DNA of 64,000 bases from Podarcis erhardii (lineage: Eukaryota). The notes beneath the pieces were generated by a model. It was not told the origin of the DNA, did not search any database, and worked only from the letters and a program-made list of their open reading frames with translations. The DNA is taken from the NCBI GenBank assembly GCA_964252035.1, contig OZ176209.1. The stretch is one strand, 5' to 3'. Below are positions 19,868-33,019 of this stretch, piece by piece; positions within the stretch are counted from its first letter, which is position 1; every line of letters begins with the position of its first letter. The translations under genes were made by a program, and so were the position numbers.

Positions 19868-22800
19868 AACTATCTGTCAATGGTAAACTGATTCTCTTTT
19901 TTATTGTTCTTTGCTTTCCCCCCAAACATCTTACAATTGCCTAAATGTAAGATTGCACATGAAGCTGCAGTAGACTTAACTGGGCCACTGGGCCCAGTGT
20001 TGTCTACCCCAACTATCAGGGGTTCCCTAGAGTCTCAGGCAGATGCCTTTCCCAGTCTAATAATGTGAGTCTTTAAATGGAAATGCTGGTCACTAAAAAT
20101 GGAACTTTCTATAGGCAAATCATATGAGCATTGGATAGTCCCTTTCCAACATTTAAGAGCCTCTTCAATGACCCAGGAAACCTAGTCAATTCTCATCTGT
20201 ACCAGCCAACATTAGTAACTTTTAATTGAGGGGGCTCACATTGAGGCTGGCACAGAAAGAGTTCCTTTTCCAGTCATTTATGCATCTTCTGCCCGTTAAT
20301 GTAGTTTTACAATACTGTAGTGCAAGATCAAAATCCTACCTATACTGTATAGAAGCACCATGCACTTTAAAGGACAGTCAAAGGTAAAGCCCTATATATA
20401 CAAAGGTTTTTTTAAGGGAGCAAATAATTTATTTCAGATTGACTATCATAAATGAAAACAAATCCTTAGTTATTTTCCCAATGTTATTTAATATGGATTA
20501 GACACTTAAGCACTGTTTTGCTCCGACACAGTGTTAAGAATGTTTCTTACTAAATGTTCAGAGAAAACTTTGCTAACTATGCTTTCACTATAAAAAAAAT
20601 CAAGTTAATCAACATAGGAAGAGCACTACTGGATCAGTCCAAAGGCTTACGTAGCCCAGCATTCCATTCTTACACTGGACTATCAGATGCTTATGAATCC
20701 TGCCAGAAGGACCTGAGTCCATTGAGAATTCAGAATCACCAATACAAAATCCTATAATTCAAAATAATTTAATCCGAGATCATTGAAAGTACATACAAAT
20801 GTTCACCAAAGGTGATCTTAGCAGGATCTGTTCTTCCACAATAAACACCTACCTGCAACACAGCCAAGCTGCTAGGTTAAAAATCAAGAGATGGGGTGGT
20901 GGAGGTAAAGAGGAAGAATAGAGAAAAGAGGCAGATCAATTCTTAGTGAGTTTACTTTCTCTCCTTCTCACCAGTTTGGCAATCTTCCCATCTGTCAATA
21001 TATTGCTTTTGGTTTTAAAAGAGATCTGGGAGAAAGCAACAGTTCAAACATAAATGAAAAGGGTACAGTTCCTTCCCTTTGTTTCCTGCAAGAATGAACA
21101 GAGAAGCTACGTAAGTGACTCAAGCAGGTCTTAAGATGGTCACTGGAGTAGGTCACTAACCCAGCTTACAGGTTCTGTACTATTCAAAGCTGCTCACACT
21201 AAAGCAGCACACCAGCATCCATACATCATCATTTACGCATGCTAGAACTCACCTCCATGTAAGGCTTTATATTGGTTAAGAGACCCACTCGAAAGTCACT
21301 AATGACCCATCAGAATGTATATGCAACTCTAGAATACTTGGCACACACTTATTCAAGCACACTGCTTACTGAGAAAATTCAGAATTTAACAGAAAATACA
21401 AATATACGAACTTGAGTCCATTGTGCTGCCTAAAACTGCAGCCAGTTATTCTACAAAAGTTGTATGTGATAAACTGAACGGATTGCTGCCATCAAACAAA
21501 GAGGCATCTTCCTGGTTAAAATATGCGAGGCAGTGTAGCAGAGATGAAAGGACAGGGTGTGTTTGTTTGCCCTGCCTACAATTCCTGAGCCTTTTCCACT
21601 TCCCCTCATTCACAGCTAAGGAAGCTGTTTAGGCTTGCAATTTTACTTAAACATATATCTACTTCAAAACAGTTAAAACCCAGAAAGAGCTTTCAAAGAA
21701 AGGAGATTCCTTGTGCACTTTCAATAATGCACAAACTTTGGGTCTCACTATACTAGATCCGACAACAAAAAGAGGACCTAAGCAAACAAGCAGTTTTCTA
21801 TACTATATGGAAGCATGGTTCCACATACTCTGCATGAAAACCTGCCTGAATAGCAGCTACAGCAATTCACATCATTAAAGATTCAGATGGTTCTTTTGCT
21901 CTACGCACTTGGATCTAGCTGTCAACATTTGTTAAAACAGTAACTCCCCACAAGTGTATTAAAGCCCTTTAACACAGTTTGTAGACTGCAATGAGCTTGT
22001 CTACCAAGGATGCACCCTTTTACAACCAAGTTTAATATGCTATCCCTAGGTTTCAAGTTCGGCCAGCAGAGTATCCCTTCCCCCACAGTTTTTCTAGTTT
22101 CTGAACACCTAGCCCATAACCTCAATTGTGGAGGATTTCACCCATTTTCTACTGGCTTGTTAGTTTTTGAAACTGGACCATACTGGTCGTATTCACACAT
22201 GTTGCTAAGCCAAGTGGAGTTTGTCTGTCTTGATCATAACATGCTCATACTTTGTGCCGGTGTACCTAGCTCAAGCTCTTCTACCTCATTCCTCCCTTAT
22301 GAGTGGAGAAACAGACCGCTGGAAGGCTGGCTTAGTGTTGGATCTGAACCAGCACTTGTGATTTGTTTCTCTTCAAAAAAACATAGTCAGGAAGCCTAGA
22401 ACAAACATTGGCCTTAGGCTGGTTTGTTTGAAAAGCATAAAGCCACAAGCACTACTTTGAGCATAATGTTAAGCCAGCTACTCCATAGTTTGTCTGGGGA
22501 CATATTATCTGGGGACCTATTAATCTGGGGATATTTATAGTACAGAAACTCACATTGGTCTTTATGGCAATACCTAACAGATACATGTTCCTTCCTTTCA
22601 GCCACAGAAAGCAATTATTAGGCAAAAACGAGAGAGGTAGGTTGTTTAAGTGTACAAATAGTAAAGTCAGGAACAGACAGGTCACCCATGTTCTCTTCCC
22701 CAAATACTGCATTTGCAGATAAATTATTGCAATGCGGTTCATCGGGAAGAGGCGAAGAGAAGCAAAGCGAAACATTTCAAGCCTACAAGAGAGATTGCAG

Positions 22801-23254
22801 TATCTTGCAGCAATGTGACTCTGGAAGGAAGCTGTTCATCTAATTGATCACAAGGATATTTTGATTGGCTGCCAAATGACTACATGGGCATGTTTGGTTC
22901 CAGGGACTCTGCAGCCTCATCACAATAGAGGTGAAGTGGGCAACATGTCACTCTGCAAGCAGACCATCTGGATGCAGTTAATTGCTATTCTGAAGTCAAA
23001 TGCAGAGTGTAGCCATTTTGTCTTCAGAACTGGTGTTCAAGGTCACAGTGATCTATACTGACCTTCAACTATTAAGTCTTTTAAATGCTGCAAGTTGCAG
23101 AAGATCAACTAAGTCTCACTGCTTTTTTTGGAGAAATAAACTCATGGGGAAAGGTTGGTACAAGTCAGGCAAAGTTTAACAGTTAAAAGACTGTTAAACT
23201 ATATAGTTAAACCCTTCTCACTATATAGAAGGGTCTGGAAACTTCTGTTTCAGT

Positions 23255-23292
23255 GTATCTGAAGAAGTGTGCATGCACACGAAAGCTCATAC
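23255..23292 (+). ncRNA. Minimal type I hammerhead ribozyme motif (dimer type)
   Basis: GUAU-CUGAAGA-A-GUGUG(CAUG)CACAC-GAAA-GCUC-AUAC. Stem I GUAU/AUAC, intact core, stem II hairpin, palindromic AGCU in place of stem III, predicted cleavage after C23288. Confidence 0.75.
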
Positions 23293-23349
23293 CAAGAACT
23301 GACTTAGTTGGTCTTTAAGGTGCTACTGGAAGGAATTTGTTTTGTTTTA
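23255..23349 (+). mobile_element. Penelope-like element pseudo-LTR fragment
   Basis: Hammerhead motif followed by CTTAGTTGGTCTTTAAGGTGCTACTGGAAGGAATT; dispersed repeat within the window. PLE assignment from recalled squamate PLE termini and their known hammerhead association. Confidence 0.72.
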
Positions 23350-23774
23350 GTTAAAAGAACGCTTAGGATTTGTAGAAAAGGGTGGGTGTGGTGTAAATGA
23401 TACTCTAGTAGTTAGTGGGCATTACCATACCAATCAAGATAGCTTCCCCACACATGGCATGACTGAGGACACAACTCTACTCCCATTAGTATAAAAAACT
23501 GCCCATGACAACAGCCATCATGGGACTAAGCACTAACATCACTCAAAAGAACACCCTGCCTTCAGGACAAAGGCATTCAGAATTCAAACAAGATGAAAAA
23601 TAATGGAAAAGATAAGGCATAACAAAAAGAGTAGAGAGGGATGAAGTGAGGATAAGAGTTGTTATGAGAGTCCAGAAACCCTTTGTAAGAAATAGGGAAG
23701 AGGAGAGAACTGGCATGACTGGAGTGCACACATACTCCTTATAAAATAAGCTAGACAGGCTCCCTGCTTGTTGT

Positions 23775-24045
23775 CCTTCCACCGACAGGTGAAGACTTTC
23801 TTTTTCCAAGAGGCTTTTGGAAACTGACTGCTTTTAATGAAAGGGCTGGTGCAGTGCTGTTTTTATTGTAATTATTGGTATGGTTTTAATATATTTTATA
23901 TACGTATATAGTTTTAATTCTATCAAGGTTTTGTGGTTTTATCATTATTATTTTTTCAATGTTTTTAGTGGTTCTAATTTTTATCTGTAAGCCGCCTTGA
24001 GTCCTGTCAGGAAAAAGGCAGGTTATGTATAAATAAATAAAAGAA
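23775..24045 (+). mobile_element. L2-like LINE 3' end
   Basis: GACAGGTGAAGACTTTCTTTTTCCAAGAGGCTTTTG...TGTAAGCCGCCTTGAGTCC...GGCAGGTTATGTATAAATAAATAAA; shares GTGAAGACTTTCTT..AGGCTTTTGG with 28855. Confidence 0.6.
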
Positions 24046-24254
24046 TAAATAGCCGCTTAGTACAGGCAAAGGCAGGCGCTAGACATTGAGGGGGGTAATT
24101 GTGAGACAGAATGAAGTTAGAGCCCTTGTATTAGTATATCACACATTAACTGGTCTCCTTCAGTTATAAATGCAACTTAACAGAAGTCATGAGGGATCTG
24201 TCTCATGAAGAAAAAGGACAATGGATCTACTGATCAAAATATGATGTCTGCAAG

Positions 24255-24325
24255 ATACAACAAACTCGTGAGGCAACCTAAAGGCTAAAAGATTGATTGT
24301 GGCATAAGCTTTTCATTGGCAGCCA
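24255..24325 (-). mobile_element. Degenerate Penelope-like terminal fragment (second family)
   Basis: On -: GAAAAGCTTATGCCACAATCAATCTTTTAGCCTTTAGGTTGCC resembles the GAAAGCTTATG...TTAAGGTGCC PLE terminus. The upstream CUGANGA is lost. Confidence 0.45.
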
Positions 24326-27300
24326 TGAAACTCCACTACCCCTCTGGAATGTGTTAACAGGAATCAGAACTGTTCTCTGATCATGGGAGAGCTTATTACA
24401 TATTTCAGGTTTTCTTTCCTTTTTCTTCTTAAAGCCTACAAATCACAAGCTTTATGATAATTTGTGTCTGGGCTTAAGCAGGCATATTAAAGAGCTCCTT
24501 TGCTGCAAATAATTTTTTCTTCCTGCGTGTTCACACATATTTCAGGTCACAGCAAATCTGTTTGCTGGTGTTCAACAGCAATGCAAGAGATGGCTGTGTA
24601 TGCATCTTATCTGGGAAATGACTAGGGCATTCTGACACTGGGCAGACTGAAGAACAGCACCTGCCCAAGAAGGCTCTTCCCCACCTCTTTTGTCCATATG
24701 CTAATTCCAAAAGCAGCTGTGCATGAGAGTGACAGGCTGCCTGGCATTTGACTTGCTAAGTAAAGTAACACTTCATATGCAAAGGGGGGGGGGGAATATG
24801 GGGGAAAGGAGAGAAAACAGGCTTATGAAGCATGCTAAATAGAAACAAGATACATAAGAAATTATACTGCTCCAGAAAACCCTGCTTTCACCACCAGTAA
24901 TTGCCAAAATACCTTTGCTAGCTCCCCCTTCTACCTGCTGCCAGAAAATGATCTATTTGTGATCTATTTGCTTGATGCAGTGTAACCTCTCTTACATTGC
25001 AGGAGTAAATGAACCCAATGCCTTCTTGTCTTTCTCCTACAATCGAACTAGGATCTCAACAAGTTATGGTTTATAAAAGCAACTGATGAGCAGCAGTTGG
25101 AAGCTGGGATAGGAATGCTAGGAGCCATGTGGCTCCTGGGACCTAGGTTGTGGGCACCAACACAAAATGACTAGCTGCCTTTTTTTTCCGCTGTGGGGGG
25201 GGGGTTGCCAAGAGAATCAGGGGGTCTGCAGGGTAGTGCAGCAGCAAAAGACGTGTCTTTTGCTACTGCATTATCCTTCCAAACACCTGATTTACCAGGC
25301 AGCACAAAAAAGGTGCATTTTTTGCTGCGCTGTGCCCGGCAGACGAGCTGACTGCAGTCAGGCAGCTGGAGATGCTAAACACCAAGTGTGGCTCCTGGAC
25401 ATCTCCATCCAGTCGCAAAAGACCAGTTGCCAATTTAGACTAAGCTACACAAGCAACATCACACTACACAACTTTCTATGTTGAGTGAAAAAGTCCAGGA
25501 CAGTGCATAGCAAACCTGGTAAAAATAATGACAAAAGGGTATCCACCAAATCTCCACCTGCCTGTTTTTTTTAAGATGTATTATCTGAAAACTTTTTAAG
25601 ATGTATTATGTGAAAACTTAATTAAAATATTTTTTAAAAAACAAAACGCCACCGACCTCTATAGAGTAAGTTCCTGTTTACTTCTAAAATGGCTGCCTCT
25701 TCCCTCAAGAGGCCAATAAATTGGCAGAACCATGCATTGTGTCTACACATGATTACCTTTCAGATACTGGCCTTTAAAAATTATTTTTAAAGTTCAGAGA
25801 GGAGGGAATCCTAGAAAGTAATATTTGTTGCTATGAAGGCAGCAATAGCTCATCACTCGTTGGGTAAAAGAAAGCACAGAGGAGAAGCAGAAACAAGAGA
25901 AAAAAATACCAAGGGCATATATGGAACTTGCGTTTGCTGTATCCAAGACACTGGGACAATTCTAAGCGTTTACTTTCCAAAACCAGTTCACTATATTAAA
26001 ACAATGCAAAAGCAGGATCTAAAAGTGGAGAAGTTGTCCTATCATAACCAAAAAAAGTAGAAAACATGGCAATTGAGAGATTGTGGGATGTAGTGTAGAG
26101 GCAGGGAAAGAAGGATTGTCTGAGCATGTTATTTACAGAAATACAAAACCTTAATAAGGTGCAAAGATGAGTAGCTGCCGTGCCTTGTCTCTTACATTTT
26201 ATTATTTATTTTTTAAGAAAAATGTTTATATGTCACTGTACCATAAAAATGTATCACAGCGGTTTATAGCAATATAAAAACACAAAACTAGATAGTAAAA
26301 GCACAAAGAGCTAAAAAGAAATAGTTGTAATAAACAAACAAACAAACAAAGAATATAATGGCATACAGCAGGTTGACCTGCCTCTTCCACACCAGGATGC
26401 AAAAGAAAGCAACAGGTTTCCAATGCCTTTCCTTAAGGATGAACTCTAAATCCCTTGTTCTTAAGTATTCATGTCAGTATTTTTTATTTGGTTTCTATTC
26501 TTTTCCTTCCCATTTTTACTATGCTTGAGCACAGTTTTTTCACTTTCAAAGTAGGCTTACTAATGGATTCTTTCCCAAAGGTCAAACAGCTGAATTCAAG
26601 AGTCATGGAGGCCCTGGCTGCTTGACAAATGTTCCTGCTGGGTATCTGCCATGAAGAAGCCTTCCACTGACTGAAGAGTCAAGTGCTGCGCTTCATTATC
26701 CTCTGCACAGTACCAAATGCTTCAGAGCAAAGGACCCAAAATTTCACACACACGCCTCTAGGCCACACACTGCAAGTGCACAGAGCACCACAGATGCAGG
26801 AACTTTTAGACAAAAACCACTATCAATCAAGAGCAGAGGGCTGGGGGAGGGGGAATGTGAAGAAAACAGCCTTTTGTTCCCTCTCTGTCATTGGAGGATT
26901 ATAGAAAAAAGGGAGAGAGTCAAGTGCAGGTTTTCAGGGCTGTACATAAAAAGCCCATTCATCAGGTGATAAAAGTCACATGCATTTGATTGTGTCAGTT
27001 TAACAAAGTCACAGTGAGAACCATTTCTTTAGGAGATATCAGTGACTGAAGAACAGCAGGGAGAACAAAGACACTCCAACCATTCAAATAGCAAAGGGCA
27101 AAGGAAGATAAATGCCATGAAGGAGGCCAGACAGTTCGGCACAGGGCAGAAAAAAGCACCAACAGCTTAAGAAAACGTGAATATTCACTAGAGCAACTTT
27201 TGCCAACCTGGTGCCCTCCATACATTTAGGACTAAATTTCCCATTGGCCCCAGCCAGGATGCTGACTGGGCAAAATGTCAAGTGGGCACTAGGTTAGCAA

Positions 27301-28854
27301 AGGTTCCTCTAGAAGATTACACTCACCACAGTGAAAATAAAAATGTGTACAATAAATAATCCAACTATCATTTGCATGCCTGAAGACAGTCTGAATTATC
27401 ACCTGGCACCCCACAGGCTTTCTTTCTTGGAGAAGTACTCCAATACCACTGTGGAAAAGATGTGCTTTCCTCCGTCAGAGGGAAACAGACACAAGGTAGG
27501 GTAACTGTGATCCAATAAGCGTCACTCAGCTTTAAAACAGGAAGCCTTGCTGATTTCAAAACGTATTTTAAGTAAACATGCTGAGCATGACACGCTTCAG
27601 AATAAAAACTTGCCAAACTATTTCTCCATAGAAAAAGAAACTGAACACACAAGCAGTACCAAATACAAATGCATTTCACAGTGCTTAGACACGCAATGTG
27701 AATAACTGACATTTCCTTTTTCAAGAGTGTTTTGTTAAGTGCCAGAACATTAACAGAAAAAATGCCAATTGTTGGAATTAACAAAAAGGTGCTGATAAAA
27801 AATTCTGATACAAGGGCTTTTCATCACCATGATGTGCCCCCCCCCCAAACAGACACTTTAAAGGAAACAGGTCTAGCATTGTCACAACACTGTTAATACT
27901 CATAATGCTTTACGGTTAATATTTCTGTCTTGAAGATGGATAGGCAAGATCAATTGGGAGAATTAGAGGGCCACTTTAGACCCAGCTCCCACAAGCTTGC
28001 CTTACTATCACAGACTAGCCCATTCACCTCAAGTCTCTATGGGAAGGATCAGCAGCAGCTAGAATCACTGTGCATGTGCCATTTATTCTAGGTCGGGCCT
28101 GTGAAGGAGCAGCACAAAGTGATTATGCAGTGGCAAAGTGAAGAAAGGAAGCAGTGCAGATAAATTTTCAAGGAGGAAGACAACATAATAGCATGGGCCA
28201 GGGATAAGGCAGCTTTTGATTTGATGTTCCTTCCTAAAGTTGAAAACCTTCTGTAACCCCTCACTTCGGCCGAGGCTGCCTACTAAAATCGTAGATCCAG
28301 AATCTCTTACTTAATGGTGTATTTTTCATTTGATAATGAAGGGGGAGGGAGGAAAGAGAAAGAGGATTAAGAGTGCCCAATCCTATGTATTTCATTCAGT
28401 AGTAGGTTGTGCTGAATTCAAGGCAGCTTACTCTCATTTGTGTGCAAGATGGGAGGCGAGGGAGGGGGAAGGAGGGTTCTGAGCATTATTTTCACTTGAA
28501 AATCCTGTGACACTTCCAAGTATAGCAGATCTACAAGACCGAGGTTCTGAAAATGCCTGAACAGTATTTAATAATAATGGTTCTGTTCTGAGACTGCCTG
28601 TTGGAATCATGCATAGGATTAGGTTGCAAGAATATCAAAATGACGCATGCCTGCTTTCATTCTTTCCTTTTGTACTAGTAAGTATCAGATACTTTCACTT
28701 GAGCTAATCAGTGTGGGGAGGATCTATCCAAGAATGGAGGGTTGGTGAGAACTTCTAAAAGGTGTCCTTTCTGCACTTAGAACAATATAAACAATAATAA
28801 TCACTGTAACCAGGTTTTATGTAGTAATTTTAGAGCTTGGTGTTAATAAAACCA

Positions 28855-29125
28855 AGGGCCTTCTTGGTGGCTGCTCCCAGACTTTGGAACCCCCTACCTA
28901 GAGCAGTTAGACTGGTTCTATCCTAGTTGTCTTTCCGCCAGCAAGTGAAGACTTTCTTGTTCCAACAGGCTTTTGGGAAATGACTACTTTTAATGAAAGA
29001 GCTAGCACCGTGCTATTTTTATCGTAATTATTTGTATAATGTTAATAGATTTATATATGTATATAGTCTTAATTCTATCAGTGTTGAATTGTTTATTATA
29101 GATTGTTTTTTCTAGCTCTGTCGCC
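28855..29125 (+). mobile_element. L2-like LINE 3' fragment
   Basis: GGGCCTTCTTGGTGGCTGCTCCCAGACTTTGGAAC...GTGAAGACTTTCTTGTTCCAACAGGCTTTTGG plus AT-rich tail. Confidence 0.6.
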
Positions 29126-29511
29126 AAGTAGCCACTCCCAGTAGTGACTGGATGTGGTAAAAGAAAAAGAAAGAGTAGATCCCACAAACCAAAAGCTTGC
29201 CCCCTCCATTTGAAGCATCTGTTCCTTTGTGTAAGTTTGCTTTCTCTAACTACTAATTCAGTGCTTATTTCCTGTGCTCTTAGCCACTTCTTTTCTGCAC
29301 CTGCACAAAATGTATTAGTAAGGATGGGTACATCCAGTCCATTTTCACCACCAAGTGTGACAGGAATGCAGCCAAAACATGTCACTGACCACTGTATTTA
29401 CCAGATCAATTCTGTTTAAACCAGTCATATAAATCTACACTACTACAGCTGTGTTAGTAGTATTCATTTTAGCAAGTACAAGCTACCAAGTACTACCAGG
29501 TACCAGCTACC

Positions 29512-29762
29512 AGGTAAAGGGACCCCTGACCATTAAGTCCAGTCGCGGACGACTCTGGGGTTGTGGCGCTCATCTCGCTTTACTGGCCAAGGGAGCCGGC
29601 GTTTGTCCGCAGACAGCTTCCGGGACATGTGGCCAGCATGACTAAGCCACTTCTGGCGAACCAGAGCAGCGCACAGAAACACTGTTTACCTTCCTGCCGG
29701 AGCAGTACCTATTTATCTACTTGCACTTTGACATGCTTTCGAACTGCTAGGTGGGCAGGAAG
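29512..29762 (-). mobile_element. Sauria SINE, 5'-truncated
   Basis: Reverse complement of the body and tail of copies 1396 and 5677; tRNA head missing. Confidence 0.88.
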
Positions 29763-30997
29763 TACTATATATACTCTGGCCTTAAAGCTTCAAAGCTCAG
29801 CAATCTAAAGTCACCCAGATAACAGTTACCCACAGAACAGACTCTTAAAAATCGTTCATCAGCCAGTGAACTATTTTCATTCTTAGAAGTTGCACAACAG
29901 GCTTTAAATGAACCCTACATCAAAGCACTGGCATTAGACATATTGTTAGAAACAGAACCTGAAGCCAGTTACCTTTTTTCCTTTACAAAGTTTTTAGGCA
30001 ATTCCACATACATGTAATATTTGTTTATGCCAATGTATTATGCCACCCAAACCTTAGCAGTGGTCCCAAACAGAACTTAAAGTCAGAGTGAACTTACAAA
30101 AGTTCTTATACTTAATTACATATCATACAAAAATATATGTTCTCTTCTGATTTGGGGGAAGGAGGAAAAGGGGAATTTCCTGTAATGATTAGAAAGCCAA
30201 TTACATTTATAAAGCACCTTATAGTCATTATGATACTGACTGCTAAACCATCAGCCTAGCAATGGATTTAAATGATACCATTAACACTCCTGCCTGGAAG
30301 TAAACAGACCTTCTAAATCACTTGGCTGAGTGTTGGAAAAACTAGGATAGGATCATTGGACTGCTTTATGTGTGTGTTTATATATTGGTACATCAACTAG
30401 AACTGATACAAAGAAGCTAAATTGAAGGGTTATTGTTTCTTGGGTTTTCTCCCAATCACACAACTGAAGGAGGTACTGTTCTACTTGCACCCTGTGTTCA
30501 TATGTGGAGGCCAAACCAAACACTCTTGGATCCAACAATCCTCTTGGATTCCTAGGTAGCTGCCTGTGACAGAGGACTTTACAGCAACTTTGGAGGTAGA
30601 CTGATTGTAGCCCTCTCTCAAAACCCTCTCAAAACCCTTACAACTTATTATAAGCCCTGGTAATCAGTTCACCTTCTTTTGAGATTCTTGTGCAGGGTCG
30701 TCCCTGGAGACAGTTCAAGAACTTCAGTTGCTCCAGTACACAGTGGTAAGACTTGTCAAGATTCTCCAACATGAAGCATATTTGACACACACAGTAACAG
30801 AACCACTAGTTATCTCTTCATTTCTGGGATAAATTCAAGATGCTGGGGTGTAGTTGTTTTTAAAATCCCTTAATGGCCTGGGAATTGCCTTCTCTGATAA
30901 GAACCATACCCCTATAATTGTTAACTTATCCCTAAGTTGTTCAAGGAGGTTTGATGCAACTCCCTGGCTAGATTTCTGAGTACCAATTATTATTTAC

Positions 30998-31165
30998 CTT
31001 TTCCAGTTCAGAAGATTCAGGTGGCTCTACTAGGAGGGGCCCCTGCTCACTGGATTGGTCACTATCAAGGATTTCCTGCCCAGCAGGATCGGGCATGTGT
31101 CCCTTCCTGAGCCGTAGTGCTGGCTCCAGAATGCTGCCATTCCCGAGATCCGTTGATTCGTTCAT
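30998..31165 (-). CDS. ADIPOR2: ADIPOR2 first coding exon (cytoplasmic N-terminus)
   Basis: ATG at 31165, donor GTAAAT at 30997, 168 bp. MNESTDLGNGSILEPALRLRKGHMPD...SSELEK; MNE..LRLRKGH matches ADIPOR2. All coding exons sum to 1149 nt = 382 aa plus stop. Confidence 0.9.
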
Positions 31166-31233
31166 GAGACCAGGGTCTTCTCAAGAAAGGTTCTTATTTT
31201 CTCCGGCAAGAAGCGATGGCAGATTGGCTAGTC
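31166..31233 (-). other. ADIPOR2: ADIPOR2 5' UTR part of exon 2
   Basis: Strong acceptor TTTTGTTTCCTTTTTCAG ending at 31234; no ATG between acceptor and start codon. Confidence 0.8.
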
Positions 31234-32825
31234 CTGAAAAAGGAAACAAAACTGTCATTGATAAACATGCCAGCCTATAATTACGTTAACATCCAACTTA
31301 TAGTCACTTTTGAAGATGCTGAAAGCCAATCATGGAGAATTCACATTTCCCTAGGACTGAAGTAAATAAGCTTTAGAGGAGCATCTCTGGTGTTATGAAA
31401 GGTAAAAATTACCAATTCCATGATTCAATTTAAATACAGAGCTTTTTAATATGTAGCACCAATCCACTGCAAAACAATGTGGATATTGTTCACTGCAAAC
31501 CCTATCTTGACATTTGTTTCTCAGTTAAGCATGATCACAAGACCAGAGGTTATAGCACAAGGTTCTGTCAACACACCAAAGCATGTGTCTTATATACCTC
31601 CTAAAGGGAGTGAAGACTACCAAAAACTAGTCAGAAATACTTGTAAATGTCATCATTTTGATAGGAAAATCTTGTACTCAGCTGACATAAGCTTAAACAA
31701 TTATCTTGAATGGTCTCCACTTCTGTATTGTATGTGCATGTCACAAATGGAAGACAAAGGTTTTGCAGAGACTTTATAGCTGGTAACTAATCTTCAAGCT
31801 TTAATTAGTAAGAAGCTTTAACAGATTAATCAGGCAGGGCAATTTTAATGATGAGTCAGGGAAGACACCTAGCCATTGTTCAAGGTTGTTCTTGTGTACA
31901 GTAAGCCTGCAATTTATATGGGGGCTATGATCTGGGGATCACACCTAAAGCCAAAATTGCCTATAGTCAAAATCCACTGGGTTCAGTAGCAAGTGGGATT
32001 GCCAAAGCCATTATTCCTGAAACCCTGCCCCCTTTCTGCCATGTCATACATAAAGCTGAATGTGTGTACATTGCAGGCTTGCTGTATTAACATACTGGAA
32101 TAAAAAACTAAATACAGAAAAAGGCCTTTTACATTGATGGACAGCTTTTGTATTTTAAGTTTTTTCTCAAGTCTTATGGCTCTACATAAAATGTTCAAAT
32201 GCTCTAACAATGGGACATTACTGTAACCAGAGCACTAATAAAAGCAGCAGCATGCACTACATTCAAAAAGCAGAGAGCCCTTAGAGAATCATGCAATTCA
32301 CCAAGATGCTTAACTATTTTATATAAAAACAACAACCATCAACCTTTCTTCTGCAAATAAAGACCAGTCTCCTGGAGGAAACTTTAATGCCTGACATACT
32401 AATACCAAGCATTCCTAGGTCTTTCTGCTTTATGGAGAGGAGCCCATCTGAGGTCACTTTCAATGTAACAATGAGAATGTGTACAGTTCCTTTTTGTCAA
32501 TGGGGGAAGTAACACTTTGCTAACAAAGAGACATCAGTAATACCAAGACTCCAGCAGACAGAATGTGTGTCCCCAACAGCTGCTTTTTGTTACCTGTAAA
32601 CTGCTGATAAACACAATAGCTGAGTTTTTCAAACAGCAAATTGCCTAGGCAGACAACAAACTATTAACAAAGAAAAAGGTGTCCAGGGACTAGTAAAATT
32701 CCAGAGTTGTCTCCAACACAGAACTTACATACAACATGGCCTCTGATAAAATGCAATGGCAATATGGACAGCCAGTGTGCCTGGCTGTTAACCAGAAGGT
32801 TAGTGGCTCAAGCCCACCCACCCAA

Positions 32826-32908
32826 GGATGGCTATGGGCAGGATTTCTGCATTGTAGGGGGTTGGACTAGATTATTTTTTGGGTTCCTTCCAACTCTATA
32901 ATTCATGT
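32826..32908 (+). mobile_element. Short CR1 3' terminal fragment
   Basis: CTGCATTGTAGGGGGTTGGACTAGAT...GGTTCCTTCCAACTCTATAATTC matches the ends of the CR1 copies at 1090 and 18900. Confidence 0.75.
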
Positions 32909-32967
32909 TTGAGGTTTCTTTTGAGAGCCAGGAGATTATTTACAGAACAGTTCTTAGTAGTGTATAG

Positions 32968-33019
32968 TGTCTGTCTGTCTGTCTGTCTGTCTCTCTTTCT
33001 CACACACACACACACACAC
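32968..33019. repeat. Compound (GTCT)n/(CT)/(CA)n microsatellite
   Basis: Directly visible. Confidence 0.92.

Noticed and set aside
11365-31165. Assignment as ADIPOR1
   Set aside because: N-terminal MNE..LRLRKGH, CVFFLCLG, HSEGVSRLFSK and CNPQPCFIY, plus synteny, indicate ADIPOR2.
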